64,000 nt of DNA from an uncultured archaeon (GTDB lineage: Archaea > Asgardarchaeota > Lokiarchaeia > Sigyniarchaeales > SOKP01), in contig CAZALK010000002.1 of the NCBI GenBank assembly GCA_964486045.1, forward strand, positions 1-64,000, read 5' to 3'. Of the stretch, positions 40,160 through 50,729 are shown piece by piece. Under the pieces are notes generated by a model that was given only the letters and a program-made list of their open reading frames with translations, searched no databases and was not told where the DNA came from. The translations under genes and the position numbers were made by a program. Position 1 is the first letter of the stretch. Each line of letters begins with the position of its first letter.

Positions 40160-41326
40160 ATGGCTATAAATGGTAATATACCGAACCCACATGGGGGAAG
40201 ACTCATTAATAAAGTCATGTCTGATAAGGAAAAAAACAAGATTCTCGGTCAAATTTCTGAATTCGATAAAATTATAATAGATTCAGAAACCTGGAAGGCT
40301 GTTAAAAATATATGTTTTGGAGTTTTTAGTCCTTTAGAGGGTTTTATGATTGAAAACGAGATGGAAAGTGTGTTAAATAATATGAGGTTAGAAAACGATA
40401 TTCCTTGGCCCTTTCCTATAACATTAGACATTAGTAGTGAGAAAGCAGAGAAAATTAGAATTGGGGATAGTGTAGTATTAACCACTAAGTCAGGATCCAT
40501 AATCTCATTATTGAGAGTAAATGATATTTACCATTATGATAAAAAAAGTTTAGCAGAAAAAGTTTACGGTACATTAGATCGCAACCATCCAGGAGTTGAC
40601 AAAGTTTTAAATCAGCAAGATATACTAATTGGAGGAGACCTCTTCTTAATAAATGAACTCCCGGCTATTTTCCCAGAATTAGATCTAAAACCAATTGAAA
40701 CAAGAAAAATTTTTAATGAAAGAAATTGGAAAAAAGTCGTAGCATTTCAAACAAGGAATCCCCCACATAAGGGGCATGAATATGTTCAAAAAACAGCCCT
40801 TACGCTTGCCGATGGACTTTTTATCAACCCAGTAATTGGTAAGAAGAAACCAGGAGATTTTTTGGATGAAGTTATAATAAGAGCTTATCAAGAATTGATA
40901 AAAGAATATTATCCTGAGCATCGAGTCTTATTAAGTACTTTTGAGACAGAAATGAGATATGCTGGACCTAAAGAAGCTATTTTTCATGCTATTGCTAGGA
41001 AAAACTTTGGTTGCAATTTTATTATTATTGGGAGAGACCATGCTGGAGTAGGAGATTTCTATGATCCCTTTGAGGCTCACAAAATCTTTGATGAATTCCC
41101 AGATTTGGGGATTGAGCCTATTTTTTTCAGATCATTTTCATTATGTAAGGTATGTGAAGACATTGTAAACGATAAAACATGTCCCCATTTACCAGATTGT
41201 CATACAAATTTTAGTGGCTCTGATATCAGGAATCTACTCTGTGCTGGTAAAGAACCACCCAGAGAAGTTATGCGGCCGGAAGTATCAAAAATAATTTTAG
41301 AATATAAAAATCCATTTTCCGAATAA
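40160..41326 (+). CDS. sat: Sulfate adenylyltransferase
   Basis: AFQTRNPPHKGHE, MRYAGPKEA, GRDHAG. Confidence 0.95.
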   Translation: MAINGNIPNPHGGRLINKVMSDKEKNKILGQISEFDKIIIDSETWKAVKNICFGVFSPLEGFMIENEMESVLNNMRLENDIPWPFPITLDISSEKAEKIRIGDSVVLTTKSGSIISLLRVNDIYHYDKKSLAEKVYGTLDRNHPGVDKVLNQQDILIGGDLFLINELPAIFPELDLKPIETRKIFNERNWKKVVAFQTRNPPHKGHEYVQKTALTLADGLFINPVIGKKKPGDFLDEVIIRAYQELIKEYYPEHRVLLSTFETEMRYAGPKEAIFHAIARKNFGCNFIIIGRDHAGVGDFYDPFEAHKIFDEFPDLGIEPIFFRSFSLCKVCEDIVNDKTCPHLPDCHTNFSGSDIRNLLCAGKEPPREVMRPEVSKIILEYKNPFSE

Positions 41327-41362
41327 GAGACTTTAATTTTTAAAATAAAGAGGTAAAAAATT

Positions 41363-42103
41363 ATGACATTAGATATTGAAAATATCAGAATTGATAATGT
41401 AAAAGAAAACATCGAAAAACTTAATGAAGAATTTAAGGTGATGAGCTCAAAAGATATTTTAAATTGGGCTTTTAAGACTTTTGGTGAGAGAATTGTATTA
41501 GCAAGCAGTTTAGGCTTAGAAGACCAAGTATTAACTGATCTATCTGTGAAATTATTCTCAAAAGTTCGGGTTTTTGTATTAGATACTGGAAGACTCCACC
41601 AAAAAACTTATGATGTACTTGAAGAAAGTATGGAAAAATACCACATTAAATATGAGATACTATTTCCTAAACTTGAGGATGTACAAGCTCTAGAAGAAGA
41701 ACATGGTCCTAACCCTTTTTACAAATCTTTGGAATTGAGGCATCGTTGTTGTAGAATTAGGAAAGTAGAACCATTACGGAGAGTTTTAAGTCGCTATGAT
41801 GCATGGATCACAGGACTTAGGCGAGCTCAGTCTGTTACAAGAACTGAAGTTAAGAAGCTAGAATGGGATGATGTAAACAATATAATCAAACTTAATCCGC
41901 TTTCAGATTGGACTGATAAGGAAGTAGAAGATTACATTTACGAAAATGATACCCCTTATAATAAATTATTCGATGAAGGCTTCACCAGTATTGGTTGTGC
42001 TCCATGTACTCGACCTACAAAAGTTGGTGAGCATCCTAGAGCAGGTAGATGGTGGTGGGAGAATCCTGAAAAGAGAGAATGTGGATTACATGAAAGTCAT
42101 TAA
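41363..42103 (+). CDS. cysH: Fe-S APS reductase (CysH family)
   Basis: LDTG, CCRIRK, GCAPCT, ECGLH. Confidence 0.93.
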   Translation: MTLDIENIRIDNVKENIEKLNEEFKVMSSKDILNWAFKTFGERIVLASSLGLEDQVLTDLSVKLFSKVRVFVLDTGRLHQKTYDVLEESMEKYHIKYEILFPKLEDVQALEEEHGPNPFYKSLELRHRCCRIRKVEPLRRVLSRYDAWITGLRRAQSVTRTEVKKLEWDDVNNIIKLNPLSDWTDKEVEDYIYENDTPYNKLFDEGFTSIGCAPCTRPTKVGEHPRAGRWWWENPEKRECGLHESH

Positions 42104-42161
42104 TTAAAATTAGAATTTTTTTTATTTTTATTTTGAATTATACTAAGAGAATGATTATCGA

Positions 42162-42941
42162 ATGTCTGAAGCTTTCATATACTTACAAATAACAGTTGGT
42201 ATAATCGCGTTTGGGAGTGCGCTAATTAATTCATTTGCCGGTGGCGGGTACGGCACCCTAGCAACACCTTTTTTATTATTTACAGGATTGGAGCCAATTC
42301 AATTTATCCCATCAATATTATTGAGCCATGGTCTTGTTAGTTTATTTTTGATAATAAAAGTTCGTCGAAATCCAGAACGCATAGGGATCTGTGAAGTAAA
42401 TGAATGTGTATATGAAAAGACAACGTTAAAGTATATTCTCTCATTCGGTATATTAGGATTAATTTTATCTTTTCTGGTAATGACCTTTTTAAATAGTTTT
42501 TTTATAAAGTTATATATTGGGGTATTAACTGTCTTTTTAGGAGTTCTCCTTCTATTTTTTAGGAAGAGGCAATTTTTATATTCCCGCAAAAAGATAATTG
42601 GTACATCTATAGTTGCCGCATTTAATAAAGGAATTACTGGTGGAGGATATGGGAGCATTATTTCTTGTGGTCAAATATTTTCTGGAATTGATTGTAAAAA
42701 AGCAGTCTCGACATGTTTTCACGCAAATACGGTTATTAGTTTGTTAGGTTTTGCATTTTATGTCATCCTTCTCCAAAATTTAATCACCTTTGAAATTACA
42801 ATTCCGATGGTTATTGGTGCTTTGTTAGCTGTCCCTGTCGCTGTGAAATCATTGGAAAAGGTCACAAGTTTCAAATTAACAATGATAATAGGATTATTAT
42901 TAATAATAATAGGAGTTTTTACATTTATTCAATTATTTTAG
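42162..42941 (+). CDS. TauE/SafE (TSUP) sulfur-compound permease
   Basis: Two GGGYG repeats and multiple TM helices. Confidence 0.88.
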   Translation: MSEAFIYLQITVGIIAFGSALINSFAGGGYGTLATPFLLFTGLEPIQFIPSILLSHGLVSLFLIIKVRRNPERIGICEVNECVYEKTTLKYILSFGILGLILSFLVMTFLNSFFIKLYIGVLTVFLGVLLLFFRKRQFLYSRKKIIGTSIVAAFNKGITGGGYGSIISCGQIFSGIDCKKAVSTCFHANTVISLLGFAFYVILLQNLITFEITIPMVIGALLAVPVAVKSLEKVTSFKLTMIIGLLLIIIGVFTFIQLF

Positions 42942-42977
42942 AGATTTTGGAAAACTGAGAAAAATGAGAGAAATCAA

Positions 42978-43985
42978 ATGAAGTTATCAATAAAAAATGA
43001 GAAAAACAGGGCATTACCATTAGATAATAAACTAAAAGTCTATAATAACATAGAAGAGTTAATATCATCATTAGATAATCCAACACCAATAGTAAAACTA
43101 AATGAAAGGATTAATCCTAACCATAGATTCCTAATTTATTTAAAATTAGAACGATTTAATCCATTTGGATCAATTAAAGATAGAATAGCTCTATTAATGA
43201 TAAATAATCTTGATCTTAGAGAAAATAAGACAATATTAGAGCCTTCATCAGGAAATACGGGTATCGCATTAACTGCTATAGCAAATTCAAGAGGAATTCC
43301 TATTGAAATAGCTGTGCCTAGTAGGATCCCAGAGGAGAAAAAATCCCTCCTACGATTTCTTGGAGTTGATTTATTATGGGAGGCTGAAGATGAATTATGT
43401 CCAGCATACCCTAATGAAGGTGCGAGAGGTTTGGTGAATGGTATCCTTGAAAGTGCAGGAGGAGAGAATTATTCGAGTCCAAATCAATATGAGAATAAAC
43501 TAAATGTACTAGCACATTATCACACTACTGGACCTGAGATATGGAAGCAAACAAGAGGGAAAATTGAATATTTTTTTTCGGGTTTAGGAACGTGTGGTAC
43601 AATCACTGGAGTAGGGAAATATCTTAAGGAAAAAAATCCTTCCATAAAGATAATCGGGATAGAACCAGACGTTCCAAATCATAATTTACCAGGAATGAAA
43701 AGAATTACGAACCTCAGAGAAGATTATATTCCAAAAATCTTAAATAAAAACGTAATTGATAATATCATAGAAATTGATGATGATACAGCGTATAGGACTG
43801 GGATAGAAATAGCACGGAAGACCGGAATATTAGTTGGTCCAACAACGGGTGCTATAGTCGCGGGGGCATTAGAATATTCAGAACTATCAGAGGGAATAGC
43901 AGTATGTATCTCTCCGGATGATGCCTTTAAGTATATGAGTTCATATGCTTCTTACGTAAAAGATGATGGTAAATTAATACTTTAA
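42978..43985 (+). CDS. Second PLP-dependent cysteine synthase family enzyme (CysM/O-phosphoserine sulfhydrylase-like)
   Basis: NPFGSIKDR, EPSSGNTG, GLGTCGT; lacks the CysK HKIQGIG motif. Confidence 0.85.
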   Translation: MKLSIKNEKNRALPLDNKLKVYNNIEELISSLDNPTPIVKLNERINPNHRFLIYLKLERFNPFGSIKDRIALLMINNLDLRENKTILEPSSGNTGIALTAIANSRGIPIEIAVPSRIPEEKKSLLRFLGVDLLWEAEDELCPAYPNEGARGLVNGILESAGGENYSSPNQYENKLNVLAHYHTTGPEIWKQTRGKIEYFFSGLGTCGTITGVGKYLKEKNPSIKIIGIEPDVPNHNLPGMKRITNLREDYIPKILNKNVIDNIIEIDDDTAYRTGIEIARKTGILVGPTTGAIVAGALEYSELSEGIAVCISPDDAFKYMSSYASYVKDDGKLIL

Positions 43986-44066
43986 GGAAATTAGAATTTT
44001 TATTAAAGTGAAAGTAAATACAATCGTGCTTAAAGGAAGATTACAAATATAAAAAGGTGTAAAAAA

Positions 44067-45569
44067 ATGACAAATGATGACATCCTTCGATTTGTAGGAA
44101 GATATTCACTGGGTCGAGACAGTAATCCAAGGAATTATAAGGATTCACTTCATTTTTTAAGATTTAAAGTGCCTGGTGGCTTTATTTCTTCTGAACAATT
44201 ACGAGGAGTAGCAGAGCTAACACAAAAATTTAGTCAAAATTTAGCAGAAATAACTGATAGAGAAGATATTCAACTACATTGGGTAAGATCGGAAGATTCT
44301 ATGGAGATATTTAAAATAATGGAAAATTTAGGGTTTACTACAGATATGTGTGGTCAAGGTTTTGGTGGAGCAAGATATGGTGATGCCCGAAATATTATTT
44401 TATGCCCAGCCTCCGGTATAGAGAAGAATGAGCTAATAGATGGTAGACCTCTTATGGAGAAACTGACAAAATTTCTTATTGGAAACCCAGATTTTCTAGA
44501 TATGCCTAAAAAGTTTAAGTTTTCAATCTCAGCTTGCGGTTCTGATTGTGTAAGAGGCATAACAAATGATCTTGCTTACGTTGGAGTGAAGAAAGGAGAT
44601 GATATTGGCTATACACTTTTTATTGGAGGGAGTGCTGGGAGTACTCAACCAGGTCCTAGGTTAGCAAAACGATTAAATGTGTTTGTAAGACCAGAAGATG
44701 CATTTGATGTAGGTATTGCGATGATAAAAATTCATAGAGATCATAGTAATCGTGAAACTAAAGTCAAAGCCAGATTTAAATGGTTGGTCAATGAATGGGG
44801 TGCTAAAAAGATCCAAAGTATGGTGGAAGAAAAGCTTGGAAGAAAATTTGAATTCTTTGACGGTCCGGCGTTCACAGAAAATAGTAATCATGAAGGAATT
44901 CATCCACAAAGTCAAGAAGGAAAATATTATATCAATGTTCCTATTCAAGGAGGTAGATTGTCCAACGATGAGATGATTTTTTTTGCAGATCTCGCAGATA
45001 ATTATGGATTGGGTGAATTAAGGTTAACTCCTACTCAAAATATTATAATACCTGATGTTAAAGATAGAACAGAAGTGGTAAAAGTCCTTAGTGAAAAGAA
45101 TTTTTCTATGGAAGGTCCAAATTTAAAATGGTCAAGTATTGGATGCTCTTCTGATTTTTGTGGAAAAACTATTGAACCCCACGTCAAACAAATAACTGCT
45201 GATTTAGTTAATTATCTAATTAGAAATTTTAAACTCGAATTACTTAATGAGTCAGGTATAATTATTCAGGCTAATGGATGTCCAAATCACTGTTGTGCTA
45301 GCAGTCTATCTGAGATCGGTTTGAGCGGTGTAGTCGTTAAAATTGAAGGAGAACCAATACAAACATACAATATCGTGTTGGGAGGCGGAGTCGGTCCTGA
45401 TGCGATTTTAGGGAGAGTAATAGAAAGAATTATCCCTCATAATCAAATAAATGAGAAGATTGCTTCCTTGATCAATAATTACATTACGATTAGGCAAGAA
45501 TCTGAAAGATTTCGAGATTTTTGTAACCGCTTTTCAGAAGAAGAATTAATGAATTATCTAAAAGTGTAA
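44067..45569 (+). CDS. sir: Ferredoxin-type sulfite (or nitrite) reductase, siroheme/[4Fe-4S]
   Basis: TDREDIQLH, PKKFK, RLTPTQN, CSSDFC...GCPNHC; sulfur-gene context. Confidence 0.88.
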   Translation: MTNDDILRFVGRYSLGRDSNPRNYKDSLHFLRFKVPGGFISSEQLRGVAELTQKFSQNLAEITDREDIQLHWVRSEDSMEIFKIMENLGFTTDMCGQGFGGARYGDARNIILCPASGIEKNELIDGRPLMEKLTKFLIGNPDFLDMPKKFKFSISACGSDCVRGITNDLAYVGVKKGDDIGYTLFIGGSAGSTQPGPRLAKRLNVFVRPEDAFDVGIAMIKIHRDHSNRETKVKARFKWLVNEWGAKKIQSMVEEKLGRKFEFFDGPAFTENSNHEGIHPQSQEGKYYINVPIQGGRLSNDEMIFFADLADNYGLGELRLTPTQNIIIPDVKDRTEVVKVLSEKNFSMEGPNLKWSSIGCSSDFCGKTIEPHVKQITADLVNYLIRNFKLELLNESGIIIQANGCPNHCCASSLSEIGLSGVVVKIEGEPIQTYNIVLGGGVGPDAILGRVIERIIPHNQINEKIASLINNYITIRQESERFRDFCNRFSEEELMNYLKV

Positions 45570-45584
45570 AATAGGTGATAATAA

Positions 45585-45851
45585 ATGTCAGGAAACCAGA
45601 TAAAATTGCAAAAAATTGATGATAATCTTTACGAGTTAGATGTGCGGGGACTTGTGTGCCCATTTCCACAAGTTATGGTTACAAGAGCATTAGTAGACAT
45701 GGAAGAGGAAGAAGTCTTGGAAGTAATTATTGATAATCCACCTTCTATTAGAGATATCCCCCTAGCTTTAGAGAGAAAAGGATATAAATCAGAGGTAATA
45801 AAAGTCGATAAAATCACATCTAAAATCGTAATTCAAGCAAAAAAGGAATAA
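45585..45851 (+). CDS. tusA: TusA-family sulfurtransferase
   Basis: LDVRGLVCPFP; SD AGGTGA. Confidence 0.9.
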   Translation: MSGNQIKLQKIDDNLYELDVRGLVCPFPQVMVTRALVDMEEEEVLEVIIDNPPSIRDIPLALERKGYKSEVIKVDKITSKIVIQAKKE

Positions 45852-45912
45852 TTTGAAGTAAATTTATTAAAAAAAAGCCCCTTAGGATATTGAATACTTT
45901 ACTACTTATACT

Positions 45913-47127
45913 TCAAACTATTTTTATTTCATCATCTGTCAAATAGCATGCAGGATCTGGACCCCAAACATCACCTACTAATGCTAACGATCTAACTCTC
46001 GAGCCACCCTTACAAATTTCAAAAAATCGACAATTATTCACTGAACATCTTCCTTTAATATACTGTGCTTTATTTTTTAATCCCTTCATTATTGGGTCTG
46101 AAGTATCCTCCCATATCTCACGAAAAGATCTGTCCTTTATATTACCAAATGAATAGTCGTTCCAAAATTGATTAGCATGAACATTTCCAAGAAAATCTAT
46201 TGAAGCAATAGTCTCACCTGTGCCATCTCCCCCATTTCTTTTTAAAAGTTCATACGCCCATTCTGCTTTGGCTGGATCTTCTTTATGTAAGTAATGATAG
46301 AGAAAGCCCGCATCACAATAATTACCAACAAGCAGAGATTCAATAGGATAACCTTTTTTATGGTGCATTTTAGTTAATTCAAAATACTTTGTAATTGCGT
46401 TCCTCCATTGGTTAGGTGGTAGATCGCTATTTAAAATGTCCCTTCCTCTTCCGGAATAATCAAGGTGATACACACAACATCTATTTACTCCAATATCTCG
46501 AAGTTTCAGCAACACACCTGATAAATCCAAATAATTATATTTAGTGAGTGTAAATCTTAATCCAGTTTTAATATCAGCATTTAATGAATTTCTCATTCCA
46601 TTAATTGCTAATTTGAATGCACCTCTTACACCTCTAAATTTATCATTTATTTCAGCTAAACCATCTAAAGAAACACCGATATATTTAACACCCGCTTTTT
46701 TGGCAGTTAAAGCATTCTCCTTGGAAATAAGTGTCCCATTTGTCGAAATGACAGGTCTTAAATTTAATCCATCCGCATATTCAATTAATTCAAATAAATC
46801 CTTTCTCATGAAAGGTTCTCCACCCGAAAATAGGACAACTGGACATCCATAATTTGCTATGCTTTCTAATAGTGCTTTACCTTCTTCTGTACTCAACTCA
46901 CCTTCAATAGGTTTAGTTGACGCGGAAGCATAACAATGAACACATTTCAAATTACACTGTCTAGTGGAATTCCATACGACTATAGGCTTGTTTGATTTTA
47001 CATCATGTTTATTATAACTAATCTGCTTTGGACTGCCTACGTATGCTGCCCTGTATCTTAATCCATCGGACTCGCTAAGAGCCCCCAATAAAAGTTTTGA
47101 TACTCCAATCATTAATTCTAACTCCAT
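45913..47127 (-). CDS. ahbC: Radical SAM Fe-coproporphyrin III synthase
   Basis: PIVVWNSTRQCNLKCVHCY; NirJ1-like N-terminus; SPASM cysteines; heme-operon context. Confidence 0.85.
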   Translation of the reverse strand: MELELMIGVSKLLLGALSESDGLRYRAAYVGSPKQISYNKHDVKSNKPIVVWNSTRQCNLKCVHCYASASTKPIEGELSTEEGKALLESIANYGCPVVLFSGGEPFMRKDLFELIEYADGLNLRPVISTNGTLISKENALTAKKAGVKYIGVSLDGLAEINDKFRGVRGAFKLAINGMRNSLNADIKTGLRFTLTKYNYLDLSGVLLKLRDIGVNRCCVYHLDYSGRGRDILNSDLPPNQWRNAITKYFELTKMHHKKGYPIESLLVGNYCDAGFLYHYLHKEDPAKAEWAYELLKRNGGDGTGETIASIDFLGNVHANQFWNDYSFGNIKDRSFREIWEDTSDPIMKGLKNKAQYIKGRCSVNNCRFFEICKGGSRVRSLALVGDVWGPDPACYLTDDEIKIV

Positions 47128-48554
47128 AGATAATTTAAATATGTGTTAAACATTCCTTGGAAAGTATACTCCCTTGCGGTTAAATGAGGGATCGAAAGAT
47201 GTTTAGAGGTTTCTGGTCCAATTGAAATGATTATAGGTTTTTCCAAGACTTTTTTATCTAACAGCTCAATACCTTTTGCACACGAAGCTGACATGACGAA
47301 GATCGCATCAGCATCTTTCACAATATTAGGATCTGCTGGCAGTGGTTTTATATCATATAAATAAACTGAGGAAACGATAAAAATTGATTTAAGCATATTT
47401 TTTAATTCATTTGTAGCTGCTGAAGATCGGAGTAAGAGAACCTTATCTCCTTTTTGAAGATTTGTTAAAATTTGCTTCCCTAGACCTTCAGAATTGTATT
47501 TTTTCCCCATATGAGCGTTAATTTGAAATTTTTCAAAAAGTAGATTTCTTGTTTTAGGGCCAATTGCGAAAACTTTTCCTTTGAAGGTACTTAAATCTAC
47601 CTTCTCACCAACCCTATTTACTCCTTCTACAGATGTGAATACGATTGCATTAAAATCATCTAATCTTGGAATATCAAATTTTCTGGGAACGACTTCTATA
47701 AGGGGCATAGATATTGATTCAATCTTATATGCTTTAAGCAATTTCTCACTTTCTTTTGAATGTTTTTTAGCACGTGCGATAACAATTTGCTTGTCTTTCA
47801 ATTCTTTTATTTTTCTTTCAAACCAATTTAATTTACTATGTAAATTTGTAATTACTCCTATAACGAAAATTGTGGGGGGTGTTATACCCTCCAGTCCTTC
47901 AGCTAATAGTCCTAACGTTGTAAGTTTTGTATTTTGTTTAAGCGTTGTTCCCCAGTTTATAGCAGCTACAGGAGTAGATTTCTTCCTTCCTACTTTTATG
48001 AGTTTTTGAGAAATTTCTTGAATTTTCGATGCCCCCATTAGAATAATAATGGTTTCTGGTAAAGCTGACCAATTAATTGCTGCTTTTGCTTTAGTTGATT
48101 CATGCCCCGTTAAGACTGCAAATACAGAATTATACTCTCTATGAGTAATTGGAATGCCGGCATATGCGGGTGCGGCAGAAAATGAAGATATACCAGGTAC
48201 TACTTCAAATTTAATGCTTGAAGCTTCACATAGTAAAGCCTCTTCTCCACCTCTACCAAAAATAAAAGGATCTCCCCCTTTAAGCCTTACTACTTTATAA
48301 TCACGACCATACGTTATAATCGCAGAATTAATTTCATTTTGTCTTTGTTGGGATGATATAGATTCACCGTCTCGTTTTCCCATATATATGATTTTACATT
48401 CTGCCTTCGCCCAATTTAGAATTTCTTCATTAATCAATCTATCATAAATAATAACTTCAGCTTCTTCAATTAAGCGTTTAGCTTTTAAGGTAACTAACTC
48501 CATATCACCAGGACCAGCACCAACTATATAAACAACCATGATTTTATTCATCAC
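47118..48554 (-). CDS. cobA: Uroporphyrinogen-III C-methyltransferase / uroporphyrinogen-III synthase fusion (CobA-HemD)
   Basis: VGAGPGD, RLKGGDPFIFGRGGEE; C-terminal HemD motifs (FTS..GV, AIGPKT). Confidence 0.92.
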   Translation of the reverse strand: MMNKIMVVYIVGAGPGDMELVTLKAKRLIEEAEVIIYDRLINEEILNWAKAECKIIYMGKRDGESISSQQRQNEINSAIITYGRDYKVVRLKGGDPFIFGRGGEEALLCEASSIKFEVVPGISSFSAAPAYAGIPITHREYNSVFAVLTGHESTKAKAAINWSALPETIIILMGASKIQEISQKLIKVGRKKSTPVAAINWGTTLKQNTKLTTLGLLAEGLEGITPPTIFVIGVITNLHSKLNWFERKIKELKDKQIVIARAKKHSKESEKLLKAYKIESISMPLIEVVPRKFDIPRLDDFNAIVFTSVEGVNRVGEKVDLSTFKGKVFAIGPKTRNLLFEKFQINAHMGKKYNSEGLGKQILTNLQKGDKVLLLRSSAATNELKNMLKSIFIVSSVYLYDIKPLPADPNIVKDADAIFVMSASCAKGIELLDKKVLEKPIIISIGPETSKHLSIPHLTAREYTFQGMFNTYLNYLWS

Positions 48555-49456
48555 TTTCTAATATTTTCAAGAATCTCATTACCACCCATAGATAAAAGGT
48601 TTTTGGCTAATTTAGAAGCTATTTTGACGGAATCTTGTATTTTTGAATTAAGCTTGTCCTTTATAAACTGTTTACCGTCGATTGATGAAATAAATCCAAG
48701 TATCTCATATGTATCATTTTCAAAATTTAAATTAGAATAAGCTCCCGCAGGTACTTGACATCCTGCTTCTAGATTAGTTAAAAAAATTCTTTCAGCTTCA
48801 CATGCTATTTTCGAAGGAGGATCTTCTAATTTTGAGATAATTTTTAATACCTTTTTGTCGTCTTTTCTCGCAGTTATTCCCAAAGCGCCTTGACATACGG
48901 CTGGAATAAATTCTTTTGGGGGAAGAGGTGAATAATTATTATATCCTAGTCGGATTAATCCAGCTTCTGCGATTATGATTGCATCATATTGTTTTTCATT
49001 TAACTTCTTAAGTCTCGTATCAATATTCCCCCTTAGTTCAGCGACATTTAAATCTGGACGAAAATTGAGAATTTCAGCCCTCCTTCGAAGGCTTGAGGTT
49101 CCAATCTTTGCATTTTTCGGAATAGAATTTAGATTTTTATAAGTTCCTACTAAAGCATCATTAGCAGATTCTCTCTTAGGGATTGCTGCTATTATTAGTC
49201 CTTCGGGAAGATCTGTTGGTAGATCTTTAAGAGAGTGAACAGCAAAGTCAATTTCACCAGCAAGTAATGCTTGATCTAGCTCCTTTGTAAAAAAACCTTT
49301 ACCTTCAATTTTTGCAAGGGCTATATCAGTTATTTTATCACCTTTAGTTGAAATTTTATTTATTTGTACATCACAATCTAACTTATCTATAATTAATTTC
49401 GTCTGTACTAATGCTAACCTTGATCCTCGAGACCCTGCTATTAAAAGTTTCATCAA
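48551..49456 (-). CDS. hemC: Hydroxymethylbilane synthase
   Basis: GSRGSRLALVQ, AVHSLKD, GTSSLRR, LEAGCQVP. Confidence 0.96.
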   Translation of the reverse strand: MMKLLIAGSRGSRLALVQTKLIIDKLDCDVQINKISTKGDKITDIALAKIEGKGFFTKELDQALLAGEIDFAVHSLKDLPTDLPEGLIIAAIPKRESANDALVGTYKNLNSIPKNAKIGTSSLRRRAEILNFRPDLNVAELRGNIDTRLKKLNEKQYDAIIIAEAGLIRLGYNNYSPLPPKEFIPAVCQGALGITARKDDKKVLKIISKLEDPPSKIACEAERIFLTNLEAGCQVPAGAYSNLNFENDTYEILGFISSIDGKQFIKDKLNSKIQDSVKIASKLAKNLLSMGGNEILENIRK

Positions 49457-49463
49457 ATTTGCC

Positions 49464-50729
49464 TCAGCTTTGATTGGAGGGTAGATCTCTATATCCCATG
49501 AATAGGTTTGTAAATTTTTCTAATTCTTCTGCATCCAACGGATTTTCTCGAACTTGTGATAAAAAGTTATGCATTAATTTCTTCATTAAAGATTTTGAAA
49601 AACCTTCAAGAACTTGCTTGATCTTAGGCTCAATAACACCATCTAACATATAAATAGCTTTTTCAAGTTCTTTATTTCTTATAGATTCTGTATATTTATT
49701 GAGATTTGCAAAATATTTTTCAATATGCAACTGCCGTAATTTTTTCATAAAATTCTCATTTTCTCTGTTAATTATCTTCTCAACTTTGCACACTTCGCTC
49801 AAACGAGCTTCTAGGTTCTTATTTGCGATTTCTCTAAGATCTTTATATGAATAGATATGAACATTATTGATTTTTGAAGCTGATGGATCAATATCTCGAG
49901 GTACTGCAATATCCATAAAATATAATGGGTGTTTACGATAACGCATTACTTTTTTTACAAGTTTTTTTTTAATTAACACTTTAGGAGCTGATGTCGCTGA
50001 TAATACCACATCCACAGATTTGAGAATCTCTGGTAAATAATAGAAATCTGCTGCTTGAGCGTTAAATAGTTTACAAAAGTTGAATAGCTTTTCAGGTGTG
50101 CGACCTATTACTATCATATTAGAAATCTCGAATTCTTTAATATACTCCGCTATTAAACTTGCCATTTTACCATTTCCAAATAAAAGAATCTTCTTGTCTT
50201 TTAATGGGCAAACCTTATTAATCATATCTACCGCTATGGAAGCGATTGATACTTTCCCTTTAGAAATTTGAGTTTCAGATCTTACAAGTTTTCCAAGCTT
50301 AATAGCTTTCTCAAAAGCCAATTCAAGCACACTATCTGTAAAACCATGCTTTTTTGAATAATTATAAGCCTCCTTACATTGAGAGAGAATTTGATTTTCA
50401 CCTACAACCATACTCTCTATAGAAGTTACAACTCTAAATAAATGATTCAGGGTATCAAGATATGTCTTTACTGATAAGAAATTCTTGATATCTTCTCCAA
50501 ATCTTGTGAGCAAAACATTTTTTGCTTGTTTTAATCCTTCAGATTCGGTGTTATCGGTAAAATTGATCTCGAATCGATTACAAGTTTGAATAATTATTAC
50601 GGCATTAATGTTTTTCTTGCTAAGTAACATTTTATGTAGATCTAATTTATCAGACTCGTTTAAAAAAAACCTATCCGGAAATCCTACTGGTGGATTTTTA
50701 TAATCTATACTAATGCTTGCTAAGTACAT
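49464..50729 (-). CDS. hemA: Glutamyl-tRNA reductase
   Basis: TCNR, SMVVGENQI, DIAVPRDI. Confidence 0.93.
   Translation of the reverse strand: MYLASISIDYKNPPVGFPDRFFLNESDKLDLHKMLLSKKNINAVIIIQTCNRFEINFTDNTESEGLKQAKNVLLTRFGEDIKNFLSVKTYLDTLNHLFRVVTSIESMVVGENQILSQCKEAYNYSKKHGFTDSVLELAFEKAIKLGKLVRSETQISKGKVSIASIAVDMINKVCPLKDKKILLFGNGKMASLIAEYIKEFEISNMIVIGRTPEKLFNFCKLFNAQAADFYYLPEILKSVDVVLSATSAPKVLIKKKLVKKVMRYRKHPLYFMDIAVPRDIDPSASKINNVHIYSYKDLREIANKNLEARLSEVCKVEKIINRENENFMKKLRQLHIEKYFANLNKYTESIRNKELEKAIYMLDGVIEPKIKQVLEGFSKSLMKKLMHNFLSQVRENPLDAEELEKFTNLFMGYRDLPSNQS

Noticed and set aside
40160-45569. Dissimilatory sulfate reduction
   Set aside because: CysH and a monomeric Sir-type reductase with cysteine synthases indicate assimilation; no aprAB, dsrAB or qmo
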